NCBI GenBank assembly: GCA_046563655.1
Contig: CM102284.1
Coordinates: 4,154,001 to 4,218,000, forward strand
From: Yuukianura sp. NJ FZ-2021
Lineage: Eukaryota
Direction of reading: 5' to 3'
Length of the DNA: 64,000 bases
The first letter of the stretch is position 1. Every line of letters starts with the position of its first letter. Shown here in pieces: positions 1 to 14,083 of this stretch. The notes below the pieces were generated by a model, which was not told where the DNA came from, ran no database searches, and saw only the letters and a program-made list of their open reading frames with translations. The position numbers were made by a program, and so were the translations under genes.

Positions 1-500
1 ACTGGACTGGAGGTTCTCAGTTGTTGTTGGTGAGGTTGGATAAGGTAAGTAAATCGTAAAAATCGAATAATACTAAAGTCACCAAACATGTCACGTTAGC
101 TGCGTACTTTAGTTTTGTATTCTGCACTCTGCAGACTGCAGTACAAGGTCTTAACGCTTACGTAATTTTTGTTGTTTTAGAGCATCACAAGAACACAATA
201 AACAAGCGTCAGCTGATTATTTTTTCACGTGGGTAATCTCAGCACAAGTCAGTGTTGTTACAGCACGGCGTATACGATTCCGGGATACACCGTTGACGAC
301 GACGTTTCAACCTAAAATAACTTCTGGAAGGCAGTAACGTCGTAGTTGACGTGAGTTACGCTTACGGAGTCTATCTTAACCTTCAAGGTCCTAAAACTGC
401 AGCTAAAGTAATTCGTATTATGAATTGTACCGTTAGAATAATCGTATCGTTTTAAATCCCGGTCATATATTTTTATTATTTTTCAGTTCTCACACGGAAA

Positions 501-977
501 ATGTCTGGCGTGATGGCCAGAATGATTCTTACGGGTGGTTTCGCCTTAATTGTTGCAGCGTTTGCCTATTTTTCAACGAGGGAGGAGCAGAACAGGAACC
601 ACGAGCACGCCCATACTAACCACCGTTCGGGTCGTGGTGGTGGATCGAGACCCCGACCAGATCCGGATCCTCCGAAAAACGCTTGGCATGATGCAAGGGA
701 TGCCCCACCAAGACGTCGGGCATCTCGTCGAGACTCGAACTCCTCGAAAAAACCAGCATCAAAGCGACATCAATTGGCATGCACAATCTGCCTTAACGAA
801 TTCTCAGAGTTACTTGACGCCGGAGCCGACATTTGCAGCACTTCCTGTGGTCACGTTTTTTGCATGAAATGTATCACGGCATACATCGCTTCACAAGACC
901 ATCCATCCATGGTCAAATGCCCAATTTGTCGCAGCTTTTTCAGTAAGGATTCATTGTCGCGTGTTTTCTTTTCATAG
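501..977 (+). CDS. Small RING-finger (C3HC4) protein with N-terminal hydrophobic anchor; putative E3 ubiquitin ligase
   Basis: Single-exon ORF with CTIC...CGHVFCMKC...CPIC; hydrophobic MILTGGFALIVAAFAYF at the N-terminus; 5'UTR intron gtaagt(45)...tttcag(486). Confidence 0.8.
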   Translation: MSGVMARMILTGGFALIVAAFAYFSTREEQNRNHEHAHTNHRSGRGGGSRPRPDPDPPKNAWHDARDAPPRRRASRRDSNSSKKPASKRHQLACTICLNEFSELLDAGADICSTSCGHVFCMKCITAYIASQDHPSMVKCPICRSFFSKDSLSRVFFS

Positions 978-1395
978 ATTATTCGGCCTACCAAACGCAC
1001 TTTATGTTCGGAGAGGAAATATACTTGCCAAGTATCATGACTCAAGTCTAATTATAATTAATATTTGAAAACCAACCATTAGATTACTAATTGGTACTGC
1101 CAAATCTAGGGGCAGCGTTTGTCGACTCCGATTTCTGGAGTTGATTGCGCATGAGATTATGCAATAAAAATAAGTATATTGTTAAAGTCACTGAGGTGTC
1201 ATTAATCGTATGAAGGCAATTAATTAAATTAGAAACTTACACTTACAAAATTTAATTTAGACCATTAATAATTTGCGAATAGTTTAATCATTTTCAGGTG
1301 TAATGTGTGGAGGTGGTGAAAATTACAGAATGGATTGGTAACAAAAGACAGTTTTTCTCCACATTTTTCGGACATACTTATCAGATCGGGTATTT

Positions 1396-2515
1396 TTACA
1401 TTAAATTTTGTCTGTGTGTAGGTCGGATGTATCTCACTCCGCCATTTTTGGCCCATTCTTTTTCAAATTCCAATTCAAGGATATGAGTTCCGGGTCTCCG
1501 GGTGAGTCCCGTTTCTTGTAATTTTAATCTACACATGTTGACATCGTCACGTCCTAAAAATAGGATCAAAAACGTTTATAATGTATTGTGCAAATTGTTT
1601 TTTTACGTTTTAAAACGAGTAACGGTGTACCTACCTGAAACGTAGAGAGCAGGAATCCGTCCAGCGTAGATTTCCATCTCTCGTTCGATATTCTCGCCGT
1701 CAAAGTGAACATACCACCATCCTTTGTTTTGTACATCTTTGGTAAACGGTACACGGAAGTATCGCTGCTGCTGCTGCTCAACATCGGGTGTTGGTAACAA
1801 CGGGGGAGCTGACGGAGCGAAGCTGTTGTTTTGCATGGGCTGGTAAACGGAGTTCGGAGCTCGTTCGGCCACCCCAGCTCGACCTTTGCTCTTGGACTTC
1901 CACGCGTCATAAACTTTCAAGCGACGATGGCATTCCTTACTGGACAAAGGAAAACAAGATTCAGCGACCTTGTACTTGCAACGTAGCAAGCTGATTGGAC
2001 TTACTGACAGGCCTCGACGAGAGTAACATCACAAGAAGTGTTGATAGTGTCTCGCAAGTCAGCATCCTTCCAACCGTCAAAGTTGGGTTTCTTTCCAGCC
2101 TTTAACGCTTCTACTACGTTTGATATGCTTAGACTGAATCCACTGCTGTTCGAACAATACGCAGGGAAGTTGGATTCTTGCGCTAGTCTAAAAGCCAGTT
2201 CTGAATCCCTTCGTTCCTGCTCATTCCGTGCAGTGTCTGCGCCAACCAATAGTCGCCCTGCGGCAGCAAACATGCTAATGGATGCCAGTCGAGCTGCGTT
2301 GGAGATTCCTTGCGTCTTGCCTTGTTCCCAATTTACTGAAACAAAGCTAACGGAAACCAAATTCTTATCATATCTATTCGCATATCACATTATTATAATC
2401 ATATTTTTGCACTAATCTATTTGATTAACGATATATTTCATGGTCAATTACCGTTTTTTCTTTAGCGATTCGCTGAGATTTTTCAGCTTCCTCTCGGTTC
2501 TCCGATGTAATTTGT
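1396..2515 (-). CDS. Diverged tandem duplicate of the myosin VI 3' exons (tail/cargo-binding domain only): short motorless gene (ATG 2273) or young pseudogene
   Basis: Exons ~2335-2005, ~1940-1635 and ~1554-1396 match the last three exons of the neighbouring myosin VI, keep GT/AG sites and splice in frame to a stop at the same position (…[22 protein letters not shown]). Upstream homologous exons (2452-2515, ~2600-2680) are deleted or out of phase. Confidence 0.7.
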
Positions 2516-3311
2516 CTAAAAGTCAAGCAGACTTGATGCATCAGCCTAATGCCTAACCTTGTTACTTGGTTGTGGTTAAGCTGAATTAAGTTAGTTTTCA
2601 TGTAACCTTAATTTGTAGAATTGCAATTTCAATGGTATCTTATGCTACTTATGGTACTTCCATGCCACAGTGGACGGATTGTAAGAAAAAAGTTCGGTCG
2701 CTTTTTGTAACAAACTCAGACCCAAACGACAAAGAATAAGCTAAAAATTTCAGACTTTGTTTTTGAAAGTATAGATTTGGCGAGTACAAAGTTGTGACGC
2801 CAAGTCTCAATATAACATCAGGTTATGAATACGAAATCACAAAATCGCAAATTAAGATTATTGCAACCGAGAAAATCAACAAGAATTTGGAATTACTTTG
2901 GATAAGCATTGCTCATTAATTAAGCATTATTCACCGATTTGCACCTCAAAATGTTGAAGTTCAAGTCTTTCAGAACGCTAATCACTCTTCGGTTTGTCAT
3001 TAGAGGGTACTGTGCATGCTACCAAGTTCATTGACAACGCTTGTCAACTCGGATTTTTTGTTGAGTTGATGGGGTTTGGTGATGATGTTTGAAACAAATA
3101 TACGTTTATTGTTGAATTCATTGGGGTGGGTGCGACTAATTTCACGACGGCAATGGATAATTACACTTGCAAAATTTAATTAAGACGATTAGTAATTTGT
3201 GATTTAGTTTACTCATTTTCAGGTGTGAAGATGGTGGAATGTGCAGACTGGAATAATGGTAACAAAAGACAATTTTTCCGTATTTTTTCGACGTAAGATG
3301 AGCTGCTATTT

Positions 3312-6300
3312 TTACATTGAATTTTTTCTGTCCGCAGGTCTGACGTAACTCGCGCCGCCATTTTTGGCCCATTCTTTTTCAAATTCCGATTCAAGGATTT
3401 CAGCTCCGCGTTTCCGTGTGAGTCCCGTTTCACGTAGTTTTAGTTCACACATTTCCATATCGTCACGTCCTAAAAATCAGATCAAGAACAGTTTACAATT
3501 GATTTTTCAAATTGCGTTTATGACACAAGTAGTAGCGGTGTGCCTTACCTGCAACCAAAAGAGCTGGAACTCGTCCAGCGTAGATTTCCATTTGTCGAGC
3601 GATGTACTCACCGTCAAAGTGAGCGTACCACAAGCCTTTGTTTTGTCCATCCTTGGTAAACGGTACACGGAAGTATCTTTGCTGCTGTAGCTCAGCATCC
3701 GGTGTTGGTGACGGAGTTGATGTAGCGAAGTTGTTGGTCTGCATGTGCTGGTAAACGGACTTCGGAGCTCGTTCGGCCACTTCGGCTGCGCCCTTGGCTC
3801 CACCTTTATTCTTGGCCTTCCAAGCGTGGTAAACTTTCAAGCGACGATGGAATTCCTCACTGGATGAAAGAAACCAAGAATCAGCGACCATGAAGAAGCC
3901 TCAATGCTGTTTGGACTTACCGACAAGCATCGAGAAGTTCGACATCGCAAGAAGTGTTGATTGTATCCCGTAACTCAGAATACTTCCAACCACTAAGGTC
4001 ATGTTTCTTTCCAGCCTTTGATGCTGCTGCGACATTTGACCTCCTCAGGCTAAGTCCGCTGCTTTCCGAAGAATCCACGGTGAGGTTGGATTCTTGCGCT
4101 AATCGGAAAGCTAGCTCTGAATCTCTTCGTTCTTGTTCCACCGCTGCAGTGAATCCGCCAACCAATGGAGCGTCACCGTTTCCGTTTTGCTTGCCTGCAA
4201 GACGTTGCTGCTCAGCTATTTTCATGACAGCTGCCAACCGAGCTTCTTCTTCCTTTCGTTTTGCTTCAATTTCCAATTTACTGAAACAAAGTAAAGACGT
4301 AGATCGTATTCATAACGTTGCTTTTTATCGAAAAATGTCAAGGTAACTTTCAAAATTTCAACTTAATTTTAATTTCAACTTACCGCTTCCGATTTTCTTC
4401 TTCAGCAATTCTTTGTCGCTCAGCCTCTTCCTTTTCCCGTTTTTGTCTTTCCATTTCTTCCCGGATTTTTCTAGCTCGAGCTTGTTCTTCAGCGTTTTTC
4501 TCAGCTTCGACCCGTTGACTCAACGTTTTAATTAGAGTATCACATTTTCCTAGGAGATCTTGATAGACTTGTTCAATTTCCTTCTCCGAAATTTTGTCAT
4601 TGGTCTAAAAGTTCAAAGTTCAGAGCCATAAGTTAGCCTAACTTCGTTAACTGGTTTAGATTTAGCTAGGTTAATCTAGTTTTCAACTAGCCTTGATTTG
4701 TTGAATTGCACCGGTAATTGTTGCGTTGAGTTTCTCAACTTCCTTCTGACTTATTTCACGATCTTTCTTTAGCTTTGCCACAGTTTCGCCCATGGCCGTA
4801 ATCTGGGTCAAAAGTTTCCTGACCTTGAGGATTCCCTTATACCGCGGACGATACTTTTTCTTGGCCAAGTGCATCCGAACTGTCTTCTGCATGATGATCA
4901 AGTTTTCGCGGCGGTAAGCGATTTTGTTTTTCACTGAAATGAAAAAGAAATTCGAAATTTTTTAACTCCAAGTTTTTCTTTTTGTGTTGCAGCGCATTGG
5001 AGCAAGTGACCTTACGTTTGATAACAGAGAGACCTGCGTACTGCACTTTTTTCCACTTGGATTGGATGATCCATTTGGCCACAGTGGACACCATTTCAAC
5101 CAAGGACTGTGGATCATTTCGCATGATTTGATCAAATTCTTTAAATTTTCCTGGACGAAAGAAGACCCGGGTCAACCCAAATCGGAAATCTTCTTCGGAG
5201 AGACCAAGGGCCTTGAACAGAGCTCGGCAAAAGAAGCGCGGGTCAAGCGATGACAACTTTGGTGGCAACAAATCCTTGTAAGTTGCATACAGTGATGCAA
5301 ATTGAACTCGAGATGGGAACCCCTACAAAGGCAAGATTCAGCGTTAGTTATAACTACTTTGAGAAGAGAATTTACGCTTCTTGTAACATGAGCGCTGATT
5401 GGCTGTCACCTTTTGCATTAGTTCCAGAACCGACGTCATGCCAGCCGATTGTAACTGGGACAGGATCTGCCCGCCTTCGAATTCGGACTGAATCATTTTA
5501 GCGTTCGGTTTGATGCAACGAATGAACGATGTTCCAGTGCCTCTCAACTTTTCTAAAAGTTCGCTCAACTGCATTCTAAATTTTGAGGCGACGCTGACAT
5601 AAACGAGTTTTCCTTTCTGCTGCGGCTGATTCGTCAAGGAAAAGAGGCTCATCAGGAATGGATTCTTGGACTCCTGGACCAATCCTTCCAGCGATGCATG
5701 CAAAGCGTCATTGTTCTTCTCGATAAATTGCGTCTATTAATCAAGAAAGAGTTAGGAGAGGTACTAGGTTACTAAAACTTTCAAAATGTAATTCCCCAAT
5801 TGTCAAACGAAATCTTAAGAACTGCTGGATACCAGGGATTTGTCGAGATTTTACGAAATGGCGACTGTGCTTACTGTTTTGTAGCAAACGGCTCCAGCGA
5901 AATGTCTGACCAAAAATCCTTCTTCATCTCTGATTTCACGGTGTTCTTTAATTTTAGATTTTCGGGGAAGAGCCAATCGGAAGTGAGATGGAAACGCTTT
6001 GTGAACTTGGGAAGTAAAATGTGACGCTGCGGGTTTAGGAAGTTTTGATTCTTCGTCCAGAATCGACAGGATACCGAGTTTAGGTGACTCGATTAACTCA
6101 ATACAGTCTGGAATAATATAAAACAATAAATTAATGCAAATGCGTGATTTGCTAATTATTTGCAGTGTTTTTTCAATGATTTGGATTAAATTTTACCAGA
6201 GTTGTCAATGTACTCAATTCGATCGACTCCAAGACCCTCTTTTTCGTACAGCGTTTGTTCGTCACTGAGAACACGTTCGTTGAAAAACTGTTGTAATTTT

Positions 6301-8310
6301 TCATTGCAGTAGTTGATACAAAATTGTTCAAAAGAGTTGATTGTGAAAAATTCAAATCCAGCGATGTCCAGAACTCCAATGTAAGTGTTGGAGTCTTTGA
6401 ACGGAATCGCTTGATTGATTCGACTAACGATGTAGTCGAAGAGTCTGGAGTACATTGCTTTGGCCAAAGCGTCTCGAGCGTTGTTGGCTTCATATACTTT
6501 TAACACCACCCTAGAAGCATTTTACGTTAGTTAAGTCATGGTTAAATTTTGTTACGTTTAACCTCATGGACTCACAAAATTACGGTGCCCTTGACTCCAC
6601 CTTTAGCCGCCTGCATGATTCTGGAGGTCAAAGCTTGCCGAAGTTCGTCAGCGTCAACTCCAAGCAGGTTAGAAGCCAATTTAAGCGCAGCCTCACACCG
6701 CGCCATGACTCTGTTGATGCAAACATGTTTCAAAATTTCGAAAATTTTCATGATTTTTTATTTTCGTTTTAAATTTTAGACCTACCGACACCCACCACGT
6801 TGATCTTCCGGATCATCTTCAAATTGAATATTCCCAAGATGGAGAACTGCTGCCACGACGGTGTAAATTGCAAGTCTGTCGGCATCGCTAAGACCGAAAC
6901 GAGTCAAAGCCTTTTCTAAGTTGACGAAATCCTTGAAATCGTCGACAATTGGATCGTGCAGGGTAGCCTTCTTGTCGGTACCAAAAAACTGTTGACATCC
7001 TTGACTCAAGTAGTGAAAATCCTTCAGCGCCAAATTATCCAGGCCAAGCTGTTTCTTTAACTTTGCGTCTCCACCAGCTAGAAGCTGGTAGAAGATATGG
7101 TAACTCCGTTCTTCAGGACTCAAGGTACAAATTCTGATGCAAAATTTTAAAAATTTAGAAATTTTAAGATTATACTTATAAAAATTTCGGTTTTTCTCAC
7201 CTAGACTTCTCCAGAAGATAATGAGAAATGAATCCACCAGCGACTTTGTACGTCTTTTCGAAATGGATTTCAATAAATTTTCCAAAACGAGAAGAATTGT
7301 TGTTCCGAGTGGTTTTGGCGTTACCGAAGGATTCAAGTACAGGATTTGCTGTAAGTGAGGAGAAATCACGCAAGTTGTAAAGATCACAATTTTTTGCCCA
7401 ATTTGCACAATTTTTTGCAAAAACAAGAATTTACCGTCGAGAATTTTTTGCTCAATGGATCCCGCTGTTGATCCCCACGAACCACACAAGTACCGCAGAA
7501 TGTACTTGGTGGACTCTGTTTTTCCAGCGCCTGACTCACCAGAGACAATGATCGACTGAGACTGCTTTGTTACTTTCATGTCACGAAATGCTTTGTCACC
7601 TTTACAAAAAACATAAAGTATAAATCAAAATTTCCAAAACAGTACTCCAAGTTAGATTGTTCGTTAGTAGGGAGCAAATTATCAGCAAGTTGAAGTGAAT
7701 ATTTTCAAAATTCAGTATCATTGTGGTATTTTTTTCATTTTTTTTTTTGAAATTTTCAAAAATTGATTTCGGAAGCCTTACCAATAGCGAATACATGAGG
7801 GGGAAGCGTTCCCAGGGATTTGCCTTGGTATCGCTTAATGGTCTCTGCAGAGTACAAGTTCTGAATGTCAAAGTACGGATTGACTGCGATCAGCATATTG
7901 GCAATGTACGTCTGGAATAACAATTAGAAAACGAAAATTTCAAAATTTGAAACCAGAAAATTCCAGATTAGAAAGTTCGAATTTTAAAAACGTTGAATCT
8001 GGTTTCAAAAACCAGAAATTTTTAAATTTCTTACGTAGATTTGGTTCCTTTTATATCTAAGTCGGACATTGTTGAGCAGCGTGGCTTCGTTGAGGTACAT
8101 TAGAGAACAGTTGTCGTCGTAGTCTTCTGTGGAATTATCTTCCGCTGGATACACGTATTCATACGGAACAGTAATCGCTGCAGAAGGCTTAGTCCTGTGT
8201 CCTGGCGGTGGGTCCGGTTCCACCGTGACCTTGTCACTACCGAGGTCAATGATTTGACCCAGGATGAACCCATGCTTGGGATCTGATACCCACACTTTCT
8301 GCGACGCCAT
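3312..8310 (-). CDS. Myo6: Unconventional myosin VI (jaguar), multi-exon
   Basis: [15 protein letters not shown] start, P-loop [10 protein letters not shown], switch [16 protein letters not shown], charged SAH tail, RRL ([10 protein letters not shown]) and LWY ([10 protein letters not shown]) motifs, last exon [25 protein letters not shown]…NSM*. Confidence 0.97.
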
Positions 8311-10844
8311 CAACAGGAAGTGATCTTGCAAAAGATATTGATTCTGGTTAGACTTCATTTTGGTTTCAAAATTTCGAAAAACCAAAATCCTAACTAAAAT
8401 TTAGTTTTCCCAAAAAGTCCACTGCTGGAAACCATCAGCAGCTCAATGATTCTAACTCTGTGTGACAAGTGCTGAGACTCACAAAGGTAACTGATGACGC
8501 TACCAGGTGAAAATCCAGGATAAGATAAATCCTTACAACTTTACACAATGGGATGATTTTTTTTTTGCTAACCTAACCAAAAATGCTTTTGAAAAAAAAA
8601 CTTCCTCCCACAACCACTTTGAAATGCTGAAGCCATGTAGATTTTGAACTGGTTGATGATGGGATCTCATGCATTTATTTTAGGACCTGTAGTGCAGAAC
8701 GACAGGGTACATTACTCCCACCTTCGGCTCTAAGTTAGGTTATAGTTACGTTAGGTTTTGGGTTAGTCAGATACACCAGGAACGCTCTCGTGCATAAAGT
8801 AGAATGGAAGTGGACCAAAATTCCGAAAATTGCTTTCCACTTCCCAGTAGCAACTGACGATGGTGGAAAACAACTACCTTACAAGTACATCAGATGAAGG
8901 ATTTACTTCCTGCTCCACTTGAGAGATGATGCGTTCAACAATTTCAACTTACTGCAAAAACGTGAAAAATTGCAGGGAGATACTTTACAGTATCTGCAAC
9001 TAAAGCGAGAAGCCGAGAATGACTAAGTTGCACTTCTATGGTATTAAATATCTGTAATTTGGGTTCGGTTGCTCAAATTAAAGCATCTTCATATTCCAAT
9101 TTGAATTTGTTTGAAAAAGCGAATGATATGTTTAAGCCGGTGAGAAGTTTTTAAATTATTGCATTTAGTATGTCTTATGGAAAATAAAAGTTGGAAGGTT
9201 AATCTTGAGTTTATAAATCGTTTTGGGCATTACAGATTCAAAATATTTTTGTCATATTTTAATATTTTTTAATTTTTTCTTTTTCTTTTTTGCTTTTGTA
9301 AGAAAATGCGATTTTTAAAGTACAAAAAGAAGCACTTTTTTTAAAAGTATTTCTTGAGTGCTAATGTCAGTACTTTTATGATTTGAAACAGCTCGTGGTG
9401 TTGTTTGGCTTCTTTGTGTACTGCTTGTACCGGCATCACTTAACTAAAGTTCTAGTTATTAAAATATTTTTTTGGTTTTCTAAAATTCTTACTAAATTCT
9501 CATTGTCTCGTTAGCTTTTTATCTCAAAAATTAGTGAAAGCCGTTCAAATTTTGGGGTTTTGGTTTCTGTAAGAACTTTGGGCTAAAGAGATGATGGGTT
9601 TTGGTTAGACTAACTAACCTGAAAATGGATTTCTTTTTTGCAAATTGGAAGTTGAAAATGGGCTTAACTCACTTTCCAAATGACAGCAGAGGAGTATTAA
9701 ATCCTAATTACACTTTAACTCTAGCATTTAAACACAAAACAATGGATTTTGAGTTTTCAAATTGCAAAATTGCAATTATCGTGCTCAGTTTAGCAGAACA
9801 GGAAAAGTAAATAACGAAGCAGTGGAGTACCAAAAACAAATTACAGAGAATTCCAAAAAGATTCGATTTTTTTCAAATGTTGGAAGTTTGAACAAAATTT
9901 CTAAAAATTTACCAAACTTTGATGTTTTCATAGCAGGAACGACAGGAACGCCTCCGTTCTGAGTTTGGCCAAATACTTTTTTGAGATGACTTTGTACAAT
10001 TGTCGGTTCATCTCTGATCACTTTCTGAAAGTTTTCCACTTTGTATGACCGGAACATTTTTCTTAAAATTTTTTAACACGTTTTTAACTTTTCCAACTCG
10101 TTTAACCTCAACTTTGATAGCATTTGGCAGTTGGAGGTCACTGCTCTGTTGACTCAGAATTGGAATGGGAGTATATGCGAGGGAACGTACAAACAGAAAC
10201 TGACGTTTAATAAGGAAGGCCACTTTTAATTCTTTTCTTTCAAAATGATTTATGCCTCTCTAGACACAAGGGTGGAAATAATACAGGAAATTCACTACCC
10301 CTTGCTAACATTGGGCGATGCAAAAAAGTGCAAAAAGATTCGCATGTCTTGAGTGGAGTCTGGCCCAACTGGATAAATAAACTTCGACAGCATGTTGGTG
10401 AGTGACTCATAGGACTTTTTGTGGGTCGTTTGCACTGCGCACAGGCGATGCAGTGCAAAAAGATGCATTTTTCGTGCTTTTAGTTCTTGAACAAGTGTTT
10501 GAAAGTGCAGGTAAAGACATTTCCACGGTGGTGCACATTTGGCGTTGGTGCACTTTTCATTGTTGACAAAAGTGACAGATTTAAGACAACTTTCACAAAG
10601 GAAGTGTCAAATAACAATGAGACGCAGGACGCAGGCTAATTCCTTGGGTAATCTTGGGTTGTAAAGTTTAGTAATGTTGTTGCTCGAAAAAAGTTTACTT
10701 TGAGAAAAATTAAAATTCAAAAATCAGAATTTTCAAAAATATTTTAATTGTTACTTTCACTTTTAAGTTTGCTCTAGTTGTCTTTTAACGTACAATTTTG
10801 AACGAACGAACCGTTTGACCACATTAAGTTAACTGGGTACGAAT

Positions 10845-13203
10845 TCAGCTCTTTTTCTTTAAAGTTTTTCTGTAAGCTGTTGAACGCCGTGTTGACCCAA
10901 CCACCAACAGTATAAGTTCCAGTATTCTTAACAATTTACGACCAATGTAACTGAAAATTTTTAAAACAAGGTAAACAACAATCGCAATTGAAACTATTAG
11001 GAGTCCAATGACATCAAGCGAGTGATACTGGAAGAAGTTAAGATCTCTAGCGGCAGAACGTAGGTGGGTAGCTCCTGAAATTAAATAGAAATTAAAAGAA
11101 GAAACAAATTGTCGTAAACGAAATTTAAAAAGCATAATAAGATTCCTTACCCTTATGCCTCATCACATATTCTGTCCAGAAAACTGCTCTATCCAAGGCT
11201 CCCATTGGCTGATCCAGCAGCATCTCGGAAAGTCGCTTAGCATTTGCTTTGAAACTGCGAACACAAAATTCATATTTAAAAGAATAGACGAATTAATTAA
11301 AACAGGCACTCAATGTGTTAGTAAATGGGGTTGTCGGGAATTGATCGGTCTGTTACTCAGAAGAGCTGATTTTTTTTAACTTTAAAAAAAAATTAAAAAA
11401 AAATTTTCACTCTTTCACGGAGTCAGAACTCTCAACAAAAAATTTTTAAACGTCAAAGAAAGTGGGGTTGTACATAGGTAGGTTCATGTACTTCAATTGT
11501 GAAAGACAACGTTCAATGGTGAAAATAGATGGAAAGAATGGGAAAATTAAAAATAAAATCTTACACTTACACACATTCTTTGATTCTTTTTTCAATTTTT
11601 GAATTTCGAAAAAAAAATTTTTTTTTGTCGAATTTGCTGATTTCAGTTTACAAATCCAATTCAACTTTCAACAAGTTAAGTACCTGGGATCGTCAACGAC
11701 GCGCTGGATTGTCCGGAGTAGGCTGTCAGCCGTCACTGTCACAAAATTTACTGTGAGTGCGAATCCAGCATTTTCCGCTCCTTCCATATTGTTATGTTGG
11801 TCAGCGAACATTGGGATACCAACAAGCGGAGTTCCATGACACACTGCCTCAGTCGTACTGCCAAACCCACCGTGGGTCACAAAAGCTCTATTTTGGACAG
11901 AAAACAGCAAAAGCTTTGTTAGGTCAAAGGTCAAGTGAAAACTCTAAGGACAGCACTAGTTTCAGAATTCTGTTTACCTAATTTTAGGATGACCAAGAAG
12001 ATCCTGCTGGGGAAGCCATTTGCTCAGCTTGATATTCTTCGGTAAATTAGGAACAATTGGAGTGTCCAGTTCCCATTTCCACAAAACTTTCTGTTTCAAT
12101 TTAGAAAATGCTTCGAGGAACACAAGTCGCTTGTGTTCCGGCATGTCACTGGATTTCGCATTTGACCCCATGCTGAACAAAATGAATCCATCAGATCCAG
12201 AACTTTCAACAAATTCCGCCAAATCCTAAACCACAAAAAAAAATTAGAACTTCGTCGGAAATGTTTAGATTAACCACTCCAACCTAATATAAACTTTACA
12301 TGACAAAAACATAAAATTCTACCTTTCTGTTTATTTTACATTTACATTTACCTTGGGAAGAGGCTGTGGTTTCCGACAATGCATGCCACCGACTTCAACA
12401 ATGTCTGGAAGAAATGGGCGTGGTTTGGAAATGGCAAAATTACTATTTGACAGGATCAAGCTCGAATTTTTCAAGATGTCGCTCAAGTTTGGGAATTCCG
12501 GGTCATTGAACTGCTGACGAACAACGTTTTCCATGGCTGGAACATACACGAAGTCGTACATGGCGCGTACCAATCCCTCTGTCAGCAAATTCTCCAGTCG
12601 CTGGAGAAACGACATTCGATCGGAAGAGAAACCCGTGAAAGCATTCGGAACAATGGATGTCGGAGTTGGATTTCCGAAGAGTGACGAAATGTGACCAACG
12701 ACACTGAGGGGACTCGTGAAAATAGTTGTGGTATTGAAAGTATGAGCAAATGCTGCCGAGCATTCGTTGTACAACATTGGCATGATGATGAGGTCAAACT
12801 TTTCCTTCTGGAGGTCACGAAGATGTGGTTGTTCCAGTGTAAATCGACAAGCGTCGACAACCAATTGGAGCACTTCCAAGTGCAAACTGATCCAGTGGAG
12901 CCCAGTAGTTTGTTCCTTCATTTCAAAAACGTTTGTGAACCCTTTACTCCTGCTGGCCATGAATACATCGAAGTCTGAACTGAGTATCTCCCGCATGTTG
13001 GGCACTGTAGTTTTGGCAGGAATTGGTGACAGGACGGTGACATTGTGACCTTTAGCGGCTAAAGCTTCTAGAAGTGGTTGGTAAGTGATTTTGTGTGACT
13101 TTGAGGACCAAAACGCTATGGCCAAAATATTTTCTCCATGTCCTCCAATTACCAAAATTACTAAAAATATTGACAGTTGAATCAAAGTATTTGGAAAATT
13201 CAT
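10845..13203 (-). CDS. UDP-glycosyltransferase (UGT), ER membrane type
   Basis: Signal peptide, SH motif (SKSHKITY), UGT signature [12 protein letters not shown]…[33 protein letters not shown]-terminal TM and basic KKKS tail; about 5 exons. Confidence 0.95.
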
Positions 13204-14083
13204 TTCCAAAATTTAAAAAATTAGAATTGACCCCTAACGAACTAATTGTACAGCGCTCAAAACATGACTGAAGGGCTCTTGAAACGATAATTGATGTCCA
13301 CCGTGTGTTAAAAGCACATCTTCACACTTCTTTATCAGGTTAGCTTTGTAACACTTTTGCTAATCAATTGACACTTTGGAGTTAGATAAGGAAAAAGAAA
13401 ACAACTCTCAAACAATCGGTATTTTCCAACGATTCCAACCGAAGCCTATAATTTTCATACATTCTCGCACTAAAATCTAAAACAAGTTGACCTGTGACCT
13501 TGTCGCAACCTTTAGATGCTTTTACCGGGGCGCAAATGTTTTCTGAGTTTACGCTATTTTTCCCATTTTGCGACTGCTACGCCAAAACTGCTGATGCCAA
13601 AGTATGGCAAGAGGTTTCTCAGTTTAAATTTTGAAAATGGCCTCGGAAGTACAAAGTACGACAATAACTACGACGAATGGGAGCTGAAGATGGAACTGCG
13701 TGCACCTGCAAATTAAAGTTTAAAATACTATTATACTATTTAACGTTATGATTGAAACTGAAAAACAAATTAACTTTAACTTGACTTTGCTAGTTATGGT
13801 TAGGTTGTATTTATTAATGTCCCAAAAAAAGCCACACTTGATCTGGAAGAAGATCTTTATAGGACACAGTGGCGCTAAAGTTACCGTTGTCAAAATATTG
13901 CATACTGTAACTTCAAAAGGTTCTTATGTCATTCTTTTAGTAATCGTCCATTCGTCAATCGGTCGAACCAATTTCGTTTTATCCGTCTATCATCGATTTT
14001 TTGCTTATTATCAAGTAATTATATAATTAATTAGAACTTGTTTTCGCTTTAGTTCTTGTCTTTCAGTGGGAATCTGCAACAGG

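Noticed and set aside
8400-10800. Short ORFs and TGCA-rich stretch between myosin VI and the UGT
   Set aside because: AT-rich, no recognisable domains, and no TIR/TSD pair I could define.
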